DNA from: a virus
IMG/VR virus record: IMGVR_UViG_3300045970_000591
Span: 1-64,000 of that record
Reading direction: 5' to 3' (one strand)
DNA: 64,000 nt
Under the pieces are notes generated by a model, which searched no databases, was not told the origin of the DNA, and was given only the letters and a program-made list of their open reading frames with translations. This document shows, one piece after another, positions 15,008 to 26,900 of this stretch (within the stretch, counting starts at the first letter, position 1; every line of letters starts with the position of its first letter). Made by a program: the position numbers and the translations under genes.

Positions 15008-15167
15008 AGAAGATGTTGAAAGAATAACACAGTTGGTGTTAAAACAACTAAAGATAGAAGTCATCGCGCAGACACGCTACAAAAGAACAATATACCTAAA
15101 ACTCGGCGACGAAGTTCTCACCCAGGCCGACCTCGATATAACTCCCGAAACTGTTTTCTTTCGTTGA
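14997..15167 (+). CDS. Hypothetical protein (56 aa, MLNREDVERI...; not in the track)
   Basis: Translated by hand; fills the gap between neighbouring genes. Confidence 0.55.
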   Translation: MLNREDVERITQLVLKQLKIEVIAQTRYKRTIYLKLGDEVLTQADLDITPETVFFR

Positions 15168-15169
15168 AT

Positions 15170-15439
15170 ATGGAAGATAAAAATAAAGTGTTGATAGCGC
15201 GTATCAAAGCTATGCCTGTAGAATCATTAATGGCATATAGTTATACCATGCCGTTGATAAGCAGAATATGTAATGTGTGTGGTGTAACTACCATGCTGGT
15301 TTGCATGTTTTTATATTCCTTACCTATACTTCTTGCAACAATATTATTGGTATGGTTCTTTAGTGCATTTGCTGTAAAGGCAGATATGATTAGACATATC
15401 GTAGAGGGCGAGTTAGCAAAATCGAACATAGGTAAATAG
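15170..15439 (+). CDS. Membrane protein (two hydrophobic segments)
   Basis: ATG 15170; hydrophobic stretch VTTMLVCMFLYSLPILLATILLVWFFSAF. Confidence 0.65.
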   Translation: MEDKNKVLIARIKAMPVESLMAYSYTMPLISRICNVCGVTTMLVCMFLYSLPILLATILLVWFFSAFAVKADMIRHIVEGELAKSNIGK

Positions 15440-15442
15440 TAT

Positions 15443-15856
15443 ATGGACTATCCTTATCCCTTACTAACTATAGCTACACCCGAAGGCACAATAGCACTTG
15501 GTGCAAATGTGCAAGCAGTTATCAACGCAATAAATGCAGACGCGGTTGCACCGTTTGGTAAGTTTGGTGGGCCTCACCTGTATTGGTTTCAGCCTGTAAA
15601 TAACGGGTTAGGTAATATCATATACACAGTGTTTGATAAGATTACCACTTTAGGGTTGGCAAGCTATACAGTAAGATATGGTGCGGCAACAACAATACAA
15701 CAAATATTATTTGAGCCTTTTCCGAAGACCGAGATTAAGTTGCAGTTTATTATACTTCCAAACATACCTGGTATAACAGATCCTGATCCAACGGTGGGTG
15801 GAGTTGGTCCTGTGCAACAACCATATAATATAGTACCACCAACAACAGTTTATTAA
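15443..15856 (+). CDS. Hypothetical late protein (137 aa)
   Basis: ORF preceded by GGTAAATA at 15431-15438. Confidence 0.65.
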   Translation: MDYPYPLLTIATPEGTIALGANVQAVINAINADAVAPFGKFGGPHLYWFQPVNNGLGNIIYTVFDKITTLGLASYTVRYGAATTIQQILFEPFPKTEIKLQFIILPNIPGITDPDPTVGGVGPVQQPYNIVPPTTVY

Positions 15857-15867
15857 GAAAGAAAAGT

Positions 15868-16389
15868 ATGAGTAGAGATGTAAGTATTGATGTCGAAAGC
15901 GACGGACCTTGCCCCGGTATGCACTCAATGATTTCCTTTGGGGCAGTTATAGTAGAGGCAGGGTTGCAGAGAACATTTTATGCAGAACTAAAACCTATAT
16001 CCCAACTATGGGTTCCGGAGGCATTAGCAGTAAGTGGCTTCACACGGGAACAAACAATGAAGTTTAAGGATCCGAGAGATGCTATGCAAAACTTCCTAAT
16101 ATGGCTTACTAAAAATGTTGAGGGGCGCCCAGTAGGTTGGTCAGATAATAACGGGTTCGACATGGGGTTCATGAACTATTATTTCTGGCAACAACTCGGC
16201 CATAATCCGTTTGGGTGGAGTTCTGCTAACATCGGTTCTTATTACAAAGGATTAAGAAAAGATACATATGCAACTTTTAAACATTTACGCGACACAAAGC
16301 ATACACACAATCCAGTGGATGATGCTAAAGGAAATGCAGAAGCATTACTAAAAATGTTCGATATGATGAAGAACGGAAATGTCTACTGA
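15868..16389 (+). CDS. DEDDh 3'-5' exonuclease
   Basis: Motifs IDVESDG, NGFD and HNPVDDA. Confidence 0.85.
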   Translation: MSRDVSIDVESDGPCPGMHSMISFGAVIVEAGLQRTFYAELKPISQLWVPEALAVSGFTREQTMKFKDPRDAMQNFLIWLTKNVEGRPVGWSDNNGFDMGFMNYYFWQQLGHNPFGWSSANIGSYYKGLRKDTYATFKHLRDTKHTHNPVDDAKGNAEALLKMFDMMKNGNVY

Positions 16390-16627
16390 TCTTGTATATG
16401 TTAAATGGATTGCTGCTAACTTACCGTGTGTAGGTATTCGCAGAACTGATGAGCGGCTGTATATGTCCAAGAGAGAACTGCTTGCTATGCGTGATGAAAT
16501 AAATGAGTTTATTGCGTATTATAAAGACAGTTTTGATTCTGATAACATCGACGAAAGCGTTGATAATGGTCCTTACTATGGCTGGGGTGTCAGCGAAGAC
16601 GGCCCCAACTGTACAGGCGAATCTTAG
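16379..16627 (+). CDS. Hypothetical protein (82 aa)
   Basis: Overlapping ORF downstream of the exonuclease. Confidence 0.6.
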   Translation: MSTDLVYVKWIAANLPCVGIRRTDERLYMSKRELLAMRDEINEFIAYYKDSFDSDNIDESVDNGPYYGWGVSEDGPNCTGES

Positions 16628-16637
16628 AAATGTTATA

Positions 16638-17018
16638 TTATAGTTTACCTGCTGCAATAAAAAGCTGATCTATCATATCATCAGTTAAATTCAGCGCAGC
16701 AGCCATTGCTGCCACAACAGGTGAGGATCTGTAGACCATGTTAGAAAATTCCCATTCTATCTGTATATTTTCGGGCGAAGATGCCACAACTGTCTGAACC
16801 TGAGAATACATGTTGGCAGCATATAAGGCAAGCCGGGCCTGCCGCATAGTGACAGACGTTGGTGGAATTTGTGCCATGCCTGCAGCCTTTGCGGCTAGCA
16901 AAGCAGCTAAGTCCGAGTCGTTAATAGGCACCGTATCGGTGCCTATTAACGAGTCTTGGCTTCCATCTAGCTCGTATGCGAAGATTTCTGATGTGGTTTG
17001 ATTTATATAATATTTCAT
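16638..17018 (-). CDS. Tail fibre assembly/chaperone-like protein
   Basis: Follows the tail fibre; VTMRQARLAL...EWEF pattern; likely start MKYY at 17018 after AAGGA. Confidence 0.65.
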   Translation of the reverse strand: MKYYINQTTSEIFAYELDGSQDSLIGTDTVPINDSDLAALLAAKAAGMAQIPPTSVTMRQARLALYAANMYSQVQTVVASSPENIQIEWEFSNMVYRSSPVVAAMAAALNLTDDMIDQLFIAAGKL

Positions 17019-17041
17019 GTTTTCCTTTAACAAAATTTGTT

Positions 17042-18370
17042 TTATCGTAACTCACACCATGCTGATATTCCATAGCTTGTGGCAAGTCTATAGTTCTGGC
17101 CATTCGGGACAATGAAGCTCAGTGTATTTACAGAGTTTACCATACTAGGTACATCCATGACAGTCACACCACCGATTGTTAAAAAAATCCCCAGGAATGC
17201 GTTGGTTAAAATCATAACCTGAATAGGCCTACCGGTACTATTAGTATAAGTGATACCCGGCACCCTGGTTAATGTAAGATCTTGCCAGGTCTGCCCAACA
17301 CCAACTACACCGTCCCCGTTTGATGCTGAGGTTACCCTACCTTGTGCATCAATCGTTATACTTGCATTTGTATAACTAGACGCACCCGGGCCCGTGTTAG
17401 GCATAGAAATAGTACCGGTAGTCGAAAATGTTCCGCCACTTAATCCAGTTCCCGCTGTAACAGAGGTAACTGTGCCACTTATTGTTCCGTTTGCAGCTGA
17501 TGTAATTCTACCATATGCATCTACAGTTATATTTGCATTTGTGTATGATGATGCTGTTACAGAAGTAGTTGGTAAATTTATTGTAAGTGTGCCTGACCCT
17601 GTTATAGGACCGCCACCCACTGTAACGGTTCCTGAGATAGAACTAACACCGACAGAAGTAACTGTGCCTATTCCACCAACAGTTATATCTGTTGTAGTGA
17701 CATTTGTCACCAATCCTTTTGCATTAACTGTTATAACTGGAACACTTGTTCCGCTTCCGTGTGTGCCTACTGTTGAATTAACTGTTGCCAGTGTTGCTAC
17801 AACCGAACCAGTACCGCTCGCAGTAATATCATTTGTAAGTGCTGTTATACCGCTGCCACCGCCGGAGCCGTTTGCTGCCGATGTAATTCTGCCATATGCA
17901 TCAACGGTTATATTTGCATTTGTATATGACGCTGCTGTTACAGCGGTAGTTGGTAAGGAAATAGTTCCTGTAGAAGTTATGGTTCCGCCAGATAACCCTG
18001 CCCCTGCCGTGACTGATGTTACGACACCAGAACTTCCAACAGTTAATATTTCTGACCATGTGCCCGGACCTGTGCTTGTCTTTACTTTTAATTTTCCTAC
18101 AGAAGAATCGAACCATGTTTGCCCCAATAGCGACTGTGTGTCGTTGGGCGTGGTGGGGCTGGCAAAATTCTCCATTAACTGCAGGAAATTCTGTGCTATT
18201 ACAGCACCGTAGCCCGGCTTTGCCTTGCCTACTAACTGCAGACCTGTGCCTGCACCACCCGACAGTCCTGCTCCTGCTGTACCGCTATATGTAGTGGCAG
18301 TATATATTGCTGCACCGGGTATTGTTAGTGTTGTTGCGCCGTCAGCATGATAGATTACATAATCAGCCAT
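17042..18370 (-). CDS. Tail fibre protein (442 aa)
   Basis: G/T/S-rich shaft with YTNANITVDAYGRIT repeats; C-terminal GVGQTWQD...YTNSTGRPI...WCELR tip typical of phage fibres. Confidence 0.85.
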   Translation of the reverse strand: MADYVIYHADGATTLTIPGAAIYTATTYSGTAGAGLSGGAGTGLQLVGKAKPGYGAVIAQNFLQLMENFASPTTPNDTQSLLGQTWFDSSVGKLKVKTSTGPGTWSEILTVGSSGVVTSVTAGAGLSGGTITSTGTISLPTTAVTAASYTNANITVDAYGRITSAANGSGGGSGITALTNDITASGTGSVVATLATVNSTVGTHGSGTSVPVITVNAKGLVTNVTTTDITVGGIGTVTSVGVSSISGTVTVGGGPITGSGTLTINLPTTSVTASSYTNANITVDAYGRITSAANGTISGTVTSVTAGTGLSGGTFSTTGTISMPNTGPGASSYTNASITIDAQGRVTSASNGDGVVGVGQTWQDLTLTRVPGITYTNSTGRPIQVMILTNAFLGIFLTIGGVTVMDVPSMVNSVNTLSFIVPNGQNYRLATSYGISAWCELR

Positions 18371-20025
18371 TATTTATTTCCTTTTAATACTTCTATCTCT
18401 GCTTTTAGTTCCTTAATAGCTTCGATTAATAATCCAACCATGTTGCCATATGCCACGCTATACATACCACTTTCTGTTTCTGTTACTACTTCCGGTAACA
18501 CCTTTAATACTTCTTGTGCCAACACACCAGCCTTTCTTGGAACGGTTATATCTGTGCGATCAAATGTATATCCGTTCAGCCGGCATACTTTGTTTAATGC
18601 ATCTGGGATTATTTCAAGATTAGTTTTAATCCTTGCGTCCGAGTATGCCGTAATATCACCGGTGTTTATTAATCCACCCGATGCAGAAATATTTAATGTT
18701 CCTGCGCCAATAGTGCCTGTACCGGGCCCGCAATCTAATCTAACATCATAGTCTGTTGCTGCACCAGTGCCGCCGTGCATATCAATATATCTACCAAGCT
18801 CTACTGTGCTACCTGCTGCTCCGCCCACTGCTGGTGCAGCATACCATGCTGTTCCGTTTGATGTTAAAACATACCCGGATGTGCCAGGAACGATTAAGTT
18901 AACAGTTCCAGCATCATTGCCACTCAACAATGCATTGGCCGTTAGTGTAGTTCTACCTGTTCCACCCTGTGGTACTGTTATTGCTGTTGTTAATCCCGTT
19001 AGTGATGTTATATCTGAGTTGGCACCACCTGTGGCAGACAACCCGTATGGCTGATATGTTATTACTTCTACAGTGTCAGTATCGATTGCGCGTAAGGTAA
19101 CATAGATAGGGTTGGTTGATGCCGGTATGGATACTCCGCCGGGGCATTGGAGTAAGCCACCGTGTGTAAGACCACATTTCGTTAGTTTGCATCTTATCAC
19201 TCTGCCTCTTACCACAGTGAACCCTGTTATAGATACAGGTGTGCCGGTGGGAGGGGATAGGAAAATATCGTCTGAATACGGTATGCTTGTTGTTAGATTT
19301 ACAACACCGCCTGTAGTGGTAATAGGCACCGCAACAGCCTGCGGCGCAACACTTAGATTAAATCTTGCACCATTTGCATCTGTTGCACCTGTACCACCTT
19401 GGCTGACTAATATAGTTCCACCGAGTGCACCACCCGAGCCGTTTGCTGCTGCTGTGATTCTACCTTTGCTGTCGATTGTTATATTTGCGTTTGTATATGC
19501 ACCTGCCGTTACTGCTGTGTTTGCTAGTGTGGCCATACCTGTTACATTATTTGTTCCATCAAATGCTGCAGATGTCCAGTCGATATCTCCTGTTGCAGAT
19601 ATAGTTCTTGCTGTGGTTAGTTTAGTTGCTGTTGCTGCGGAATCGGCAGATAGGGCATTTCCAGCATATTGACCTGGTGTTGTTTCGACGAAAATCTTTT
19701 GCCAGTCTGCTATAGATCCGTCGCCCGTACCAGTGACCTTTACATATAAGCTGCCGGCGGTTTCCGAATCTTTCTTAAACCATGTTTGCCCTTGTAACGA
19801 TGCTATCTTAAGTGGCGGTGTTGTGCTGGCAAAGTTTTCCACCAGTTGCACAAAGTTTTGTGCAACGTGCTTACCATAAGCTAATGCATTTTGGCCTAAT
19901 AGTTGAACACCTGTGGTGTGGCCCGCTACTGCCGCGTTAACAGATCCGGTGACGGGTGTTATCTGCGCATTACCTACGCCGATTGTCGATATGCCATCTG
20001 CTTTGTCTAGAGTATAATCTGCCAT
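18370..20025 (-). CDS. Tail fibre protein with C-terminal S74 intramolecular chaperone (551 aa)
   Basis: SDARIKTN...GVLAQEV...LPEVV...VAYGNMVGLLIEAIKEL motif. Confidence 0.85.
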   Translation of the reverse strand: MADYTLDKADGISTIGVGNAQITPVTGSVNAAVAGHTTGVQLLGQNALAYGKHVAQNFVQLVENFASTTPPLKIASLQGQTWFKKDSETAGSLYVKVTGTGDGSIADWQKIFVETTPGQYAGNALSADSAATATKLTTARTISATGDIDWTSAAFDGTNNVTGMATLANTAVTAGAYTNANITIDSKGRITAAANGSGGALGGTILVSQGGTGATDANGARFNLSVAPQAVAVPITTTGGVVNLTTSIPYSDDIFLSPPTGTPVSITGFTVVRGRVIRCKLTKCGLTHGGLLQCPGGVSIPASTNPIYVTLRAIDTDTVEVITYQPYGLSATGGANSDITSLTGLTTAITVPQGGTGRTTLTANALLSGNDAGTVNLIVPGTSGYVLTSNGTAWYAAPAVGGAAGSTVELGRYIDMHGGTGAATDYDVRLDCGPGTGTIGAGTLNISASGGLINTGDITAYSDARIKTNLEIIPDALNKVCRLNGYTFDRTDITVPRKAGVLAQEVLKVLPEVVTETESGMYSVAYGNMVGLLIEAIKELKAEIEVLKGNK

Positions 20026-20056
20026 AAAATTCCTTAATAAGTGCTATTTATCATAC

Positions 20057-20767
20057 TTACATCGCACCCATTTGTATTCTTAAGGTGTAAATAATCTCTA
20101 AAGATCTGTTTGCTGCTTTTTGTACTGGGTGAAAAATAGCGTGTGTTAGCATTGTTTTTGCGTCCGACCCTGTAAATGTTGTTACGTCCAAATCTGATTG
20201 GGTGTCATTATTCACAAATATATTGGTAGGCCCTGCAAATAACCCTATCTCATTAAATACTAAGGTGTTTGTTGCGCCCGATGTATAATCTGGTGTAGGT
20301 GTTACTCCGTCGGCAAATCCTACAAATGACGAATTATCTATAGCAGCCTGCGATATTGTGGCAAATGACGGTTCGCTGTAATCTAAGGTTACAGTGACAT
20401 CTATATCACCATAGTTTGTTCCCGGTGTAATACCTGAGTAAGAAGTATCCGATATTATACCGTTTGACTCATTCTTTATTTTCTTAACATATATAGTGTT
20501 GTATAAAACTTCATTCTGTGTATAAGTTGTATTTGTTACACCTTTTGAGTCTTTATATAAAATACCACTTATGTCTATATATGCGCCGCCGTTGCCGAAT
20601 GCCATGTATGTGAGGAAGTTATTGGTATCACCATTTAGTGCGCGGGCTAAAATAACTGACATATTCGCGTGTAGAACATCATTGTGTGTATCTACAAGAA
20701 TCTCGCCTGTGGCCTTATCCTTTATTTTTAGAAACCCCTGTATTGAACAGCGGACAGTATCAAGCAT
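20057..20767 (-). CDS. Virion structural protein (baseplate or fibre attachment)
   Basis: Position in the late tail operon; beta-rich; assignment from context. Confidence 0.6.
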   Translation of the reverse strand: MLDTVRCSIQGFLKIKDKATGEILVDTHNDVLHANMSVILARALNGDTNNFLTYMAFGNGGAYIDISGILYKDSKGVTNTTYTQNEVLYNTIYVKKIKNESNGIISDTSYSGITPGTNYGDIDVTVTLDYSEPSFATISQAAIDNSSFVGFADGVTPTPDYTSGATNTLVFNEIGLFAGPTNIFVNNDTQSDLDVTTFTGSDAKTMLTHAIFHPVQKAANRSLEIIYTLRIQMGAM

Positions 20768-20771
20768 CTTT

Positions 20772-20918
20772 TTAACCCCTTTTATTTACAAGAATTTCTC
20801 TTGTATCTTTATCTCTTATAAGAATACGACATTGAACATCTACTGGTACAACATCTACAAATCCGCTTTCTTTTGGTAGAGCCGGCGTTGTTTTATCTTT
20901 GTTTTCTTTATTTATCAT
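20772..20918 (-). CDS. Small hypothetical protein (48 aa, MINKENK...LVNKRG)
   Basis: Translated by hand; its C-terminus resembles the N-terminus of the next gene (IRDKDTREILV vs IKDKATGEILV). Confidence 0.55.
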   Translation of the reverse strand: MINKENKDKTTPALPKESGFVDVVPVDVQCRILIRDKDTREILVNKRG

Positions 20919-20952
20919 AATAGTTATATACCTATTTTATATAAGGGTTACA

Positions 20953-23900
20953 TTACAGTATAGTTGGTGACGCTTTTAAAAACTCTGCCTCCGGAGTAGC
21001 AGAATACCATAGGCCACCCGCTGTATCAATATATACATCCCAATCGTCTGTATCCCAATCCAGCGTATCTAATGAGCCTACTATATCTCCGGCTGTATTC
21101 CATAAGGTTGTGTCTGTTCCTGCATAGCTAAATGCATCACCGGTTATCGAGTTTCTATAATATGTTCTGGTGCCATTGCTGCTAACAGCCTGCACATAGG
21201 TTATACATATAGGTAATATTTCTACTGTGCCTACCCGAGTTGCATCATAGTTTGCGAACCACCCCGTGCCGTATGATCCGCCCGGTGAGGTAAGAAGCCA
21301 TGCATTTACAGCAGCAGACATCAGCGGATCCACATCTGATACTGTTTCGTTGTATGGTGCAAGTGGGTAATATCTATTGTCTTGTCGGAGGACAGGCAAC
21401 TTGGTAATAACTTTAATCCACTTAATAGAGTCTGTAGATCTATCGTTTGCTGTTGCAGGTGCAGGTGTTGTATCATATGTATAACCCGGTGTCGGTATGA
21501 TATCCCACGCAATAGCATCCCACGGTGCTACGCCGGCTGCATCCCACACACCCGGTGCAAGAGGTTCACTATAGGATGGACCCATTGCAACCGTGATTTT
21601 AAACTTTGTTGTGTCAGACACCAAACATTCAGCTATATTAGTAACTGTATTAGTGCTTGTATAATCTCTTATTTGAGTATGGTAAGGTTTGACATCAGTT
21701 ATATAATCAATGATGTTGGTTATTTGGTCTGATATATACCATGCATCTTGCGACAGAGGCATATTGTTTTCTTTTATGTAAATGTAAGACGATTTAAAAA
21801 CCCAGTCTGGGTGATTCTGTTCACTCATTACATAGTTTATCATAGCAACAAATAATATATTCTGATCTACAATATATTTGTTTACAAACACTGTTGTCCT
21901 TAATGCAGATAATATTAGCCTTAGTTCAACGGATAATGCATAAACATTGTTGGTTGTATATATTGTATCTAACAGTGCTATTGCGCCTAACTCTTCGCCC
22001 ACTTTTTGCCAGCTTTGTGTAGATGATGTTGCAGATATTTCCTGAACATTATACAGTATATAACCTCTCGATGTTCCTGCGGTAACCTCTACAATATCAC
22101 CGGTTCGTAATAGGTTAGAAGATAATGCCACATCTGCGTCATATTGAGTGGCAAATACCTTTGTCGGTGTTACATTTTCGAATCCTGTCAGATACCACGT
22201 TGTATATTTCCAATATGTATTTGTTGTTAACCCGACATCAGTTGCCCAGTTTGCATTTAAGTCATATACAGGAATATGTTGCAATAATGCATTTGCTGAT
22301 TGAACAAATATTTTTCTTGCCGTTTGCAGTTTTACAAACATAGTTTGACGGGGTCGATAATCTATTCCATACCTTTCGTCCTCGCCCAGTGTAGTCGCCG
22401 GTACTGGTAAAACTTCTTTACCATTATATTCTATACTATCACTCCATTCGTTTGATATAGGCAGTTCCTTTGTATATCCGCATAAGCTGTCAACCATTTT
22501 ATTCCAGAATCTATCTGCTACAAAAGATCTTGTATCATTTTCTCGTATAAATGACCACTGTGTGTGCTTTTGATCATCGCGGTCAGTTAAATAATAGTTT
22601 ACAGAAACATTGTTACCTTGATATGATAATATTTCTGTTGCATTATAGAACATATACGAGTTATTATTTGCTGTCTGTTGTATAGGAGTAAAGTAAGAGA
22701 AATTCTGACTCTTAGGAGACAGCAGCATACCTGCAACATCAGTGGCAGTCATTGTTCTATTTTCTATATTTGGTTTAGTTGTAGTGTTTTTAACCCAGAA
22801 ATAATAATGTATCTCGGATATGTTTGTGAATTTATTTGTTGTCACTAACTGAACATAATCTGTGGTGCTCTTAGGTGTTCCTGCGCCAGCATAATCCGCA
22901 GGTGGCACAGAACTTTTCGTCCATTCATATATGCTGATAGCACTACCCGGCATAATGCTACCCCAATATTGTCTTCTATACAATAACGAATCAGTTGGTG
23001 TTTCATCTATTGCGATAGGTTGTTCATAATATACATACCTGACATCGCTTAAATCCCACCATAGTTTTCCTACCTGTTGTTCACCGAATATAATATTAGG
23101 GCTATATAATCTTGTATCTGCGCTGACATTATATCTTGCCGGATCTCTTAATAACATATACGATATGTTTTGTTTTGCTGTACCCGGTAATATGCCCTTA
23201 AATGGATCATATACTGGCAACTGTGATATTCTTGTTTCGACTACTCTATAAAATATTTGGGCATTTTCAAATAAAGATGTATTAATGAGTGCTTCTTGTT
23301 CTCTGTATTTTGTAAACACAATGCCATTGTAAGTAGACACATTCCACTTACCAGTCGGATTATCAATCCACACCTTATCACCACTAACAATGTGTGATGG
23401 TACAGAAATAGGCGCTGTGCTGAATCTCATAGATTTAAACATAAGTAGATTCGTAAACTCGGCGTATGTACCTATATCTGTTACAGTGAGTGGTATTCCG
23501 TTTATGTCAACTAAAGAATAACTATTATATGTAATAGAATCGGTATGAATATATTCTCCATTTGCGGAAAACATAATGGCATAATTCTTTGTTGCATCAA
23601 CTACACTACCGGTTATTGTTTGTAGGCATAGCATATTACCGAGGTCTGTAAAGTCTGTACCACTTGTTGAAAGTTGTGGTGTTATTGTTTCGCCCACAGG
23701 CAATAAAAGTAATAGATTATCAGCAGCATCACCCACTACGCTCCAAGATGTTACAACCGTGTCTGTTAGTTTATAAACACCCCAGTCTTCTGTGAATGTT
23801 TTTGCAACCCATAATGTATTATTTATTGTTGGATTAAAAACAGTTGTACCCCACTTGGATACAGTATTTGCTATATCAAAAGAACTGTAAACAACATCAT

Positions 23901-26900
23901 TGAAATTTACATACCCTGCATTAGGCAATGTATAATCTATTACTGGTGTGGTCGGGAATACCAAAGATATTAACGGATCTGTCGGTCTTTCAACCCATGT
24001 CTCTGTATCATCTATATCTATATCAACTATGTTTTCTGCACTTGTATCGTGCGTAATCTCACCCTGCCATACTGCATATAATACATCGGGATTACTCAAT
24101 ATAGTCGGCGTAATACTGATTGTCGGTGCAGAAGTGTATCCATAACCTACATCAGACATATCTACGCGAGATATTACTCCGGTTGAATCTAACACAACAT
24201 AAGCCTTTGCTTGCCTATAGCCTGTTATTGTGGTGTCGGGCATTCCTATTACTATGGTAGGTACTGTAGTATATCTTGTCACTGCATTGAAAATGTTGAT
24301 TTGCTTAACAGTGCCAACAGTGGATGCAACAAAGTTTAATCTTGCAATAACTACTTCGCCTGCATTTAGTTCAGGTGTTACAACAAACTCTGTTGATACT
24401 TTTTCCACTGTATTTCCAAAGTTGCCCATCTTCAGCGCCCACTCTTCGTACACCTCAATAGTTTCGTTACTTTGCACCTTTGTAGATCTGAATAACTTAT
24501 CAAAAGATTGCACGGTGCCTTTCTGTTTAATAGCGCCCTGATAAAACAAATACTGCACATCATCCTCGACTTGCAGATTGTTTAGATATTCCTTGTTTTC
24601 AAATCCTATTAGGTGTCTGCCTAAACTTTCTAAACTTGTATTATCTATTGTATGATCGGGGTCGTAATAATATCTCATTGCATCAACAATGGAATCATAG
24701 TTTGGTATCATTTGATTATCTATAATCAAATAGCCCGGTGCTTCCATTTTGCCATACCAGCCGTTACTTCTGAATCCAGTAAACCTTAATCTATGTTGGC
24801 GAGCACGTAACAACGGGTCATATATAACATCGCTGAAACTGGTAGAGTTGTCAAATATTAATATGTGTTCTGTTTCAGCAGCACTTACCTGTAAGAAATA
24901 AATACCGCCCGACGATAAATCAACCGGCGATACCTTAATGGATTTACCGTCCCGCTCTGTTGATGTTCTGTCGGCCGTTATTGCTACACCGTATTTGTCA
25001 AGTGTGCTATATATTCCGTTTGATACTGTTTCTGTAGCATTAGGATATCCTGCATCTACTACCAGTGTTGCAGAATTAGCAGCGGGGCTAAGTTGTATTG
25101 CTGCATCAGGTGCCCAGCTTGTGTTCAGCCAATATAAGAATTGTTTTGCCGAATATAACCAGTCACTTAATATATTTGTTTCTGGTGTTACTTCGTTGAA
25201 ACTCCATCCTTGTGTTTCTAAGTATGCACCCCACCCTATTAACAAATCAAATACCTGTTGTGCGTTATTCAATACAGTTCCGTAAGGCACTCTTGTTGAT
25301 GTGTTTTCTGAAACAGGTCTATGTGTTACTGATATTCCACCAGTAATAGGTAGGGCGCTAAGTTTTTGCCATGTGTCTATATTAAACTTGGTAACTGTTT
25401 GATCGACACGACTATAATAATATACTCCGTTATATCTTACTATCTCGCCCACGACATAGAAATCACCAGCAGTATATGTTTTATACGGTGCAGGAGTACC
25501 ACCGATTGTTACATCAAATGCTTGTGAATTAGATCTATCTAACACAATAAATTCTGCGTTTAATAAATCATATCCATACACAACAAACTTACCGTTTTCT
25601 AATGCGCGAATAATAACTCCACTATAGGAGTATGTCTTAATCGGCTGACCTTTATGCAGCACAACGGTGTAGTTATTTGAAGGTATAGATAGGCTGGTTG
25701 TTGATGCGCCCGGTGTGATAGATTCTATATATGCCGCGGTGGTATCTTTGTTTGTAAATCCTGCAAACTTATTTGCTAAATTCACATCAAGTGTTCTAAC
25801 TTTATTACCAAATGCAGATGTTACATCAATTCCTAAGAATAGCAACCTATCGCTTATCCAACGCTGATAACCAAATCGTAGTTGTATCACATTATCTATA
25901 TCTTCGCCGTGTGTATACTGAAACTTATTCTTTGGTCTCATCCAAGCAAATGTCGGATCTGCGTTAGTATATACATCATTCTGGACATATTGCCAGTCGG
26001 CGAAAGATTGCACAGGAGTATCAACCCCTGCTACCGTGAAGTTTCCATAACATATTTCGGTGCCTAATGTGTCCCACAACAGCTCGCCGAATCGTGCAGG
26101 TTTCATAATGAACAAGAATTCTTGCACACTAAACGCATATTCGGATGTTGCCATCCACGCTTGTTCGACTGGCCCACCATCGCCATACACCCAGTCGTTA
26201 TCAAACCCGTCAAACGGTGATTGAACACTTGCAATAGTTATACCAAATATATCTGCAATAGTTCTTATCTCGCCGGTTGCATCTACGGGTAGTATGCTGC
26301 TCAACCCGGGTCTCGCCCACAGCGGATTAGGTAGTGCATGTGTTGTTAACGCAGGATTGAATATAGCAGTCGGTCCTTGTTGAATAACACCGTGTTCTAT
26401 ATCTGTCCACATTCCAATATTAGTAGATGTATAGTTTGTGCCATACACAGTCACCCACCAACTAGGTTGATTTGTAAAACCTAACATCTCCCACGGATGT
26501 GTGTTAGGGCGAACAGTATCATAATAATATTGATATATACCTTTCCAGTTACCCGGTAAATATGCACCTGCACTGTTTATAGCAGACGAATAGTTATATG
26601 ATTTCCATTCTGATCCTAATACATAGTTTATATCGTTTGAGCGATAGTTTGCCCTGTTTTTAGCTGACCATTTATTTAGATAAGATTGAGTTATTTCTAA
26701 ATACTCATCTCTAGAATATCCCGTATCACGGAAAGCGCCGGGCTTCACATTTTCTAATCTTAACGGGCTAGAGTATTGGTTTCTGTATTTCGGTTGTAAC
26801 AGATTATATATTCTTTTCTCTAGTTCTAATAATAAGTCATCCCTATAATCGCCGTACGCTACTGTTTTAGATCCGTCGTGCCCTATAATAACATTAATAG

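Noticed and set aside
17394-19672. Long + strand ORFs opposite the tail fibres, gp5 (35905-37038) and tape measure (52900-53967)
   Set aside because: Antisense shadows of Gly/Thr/Ala-rich genes, with no start signals or recognisable motifs.
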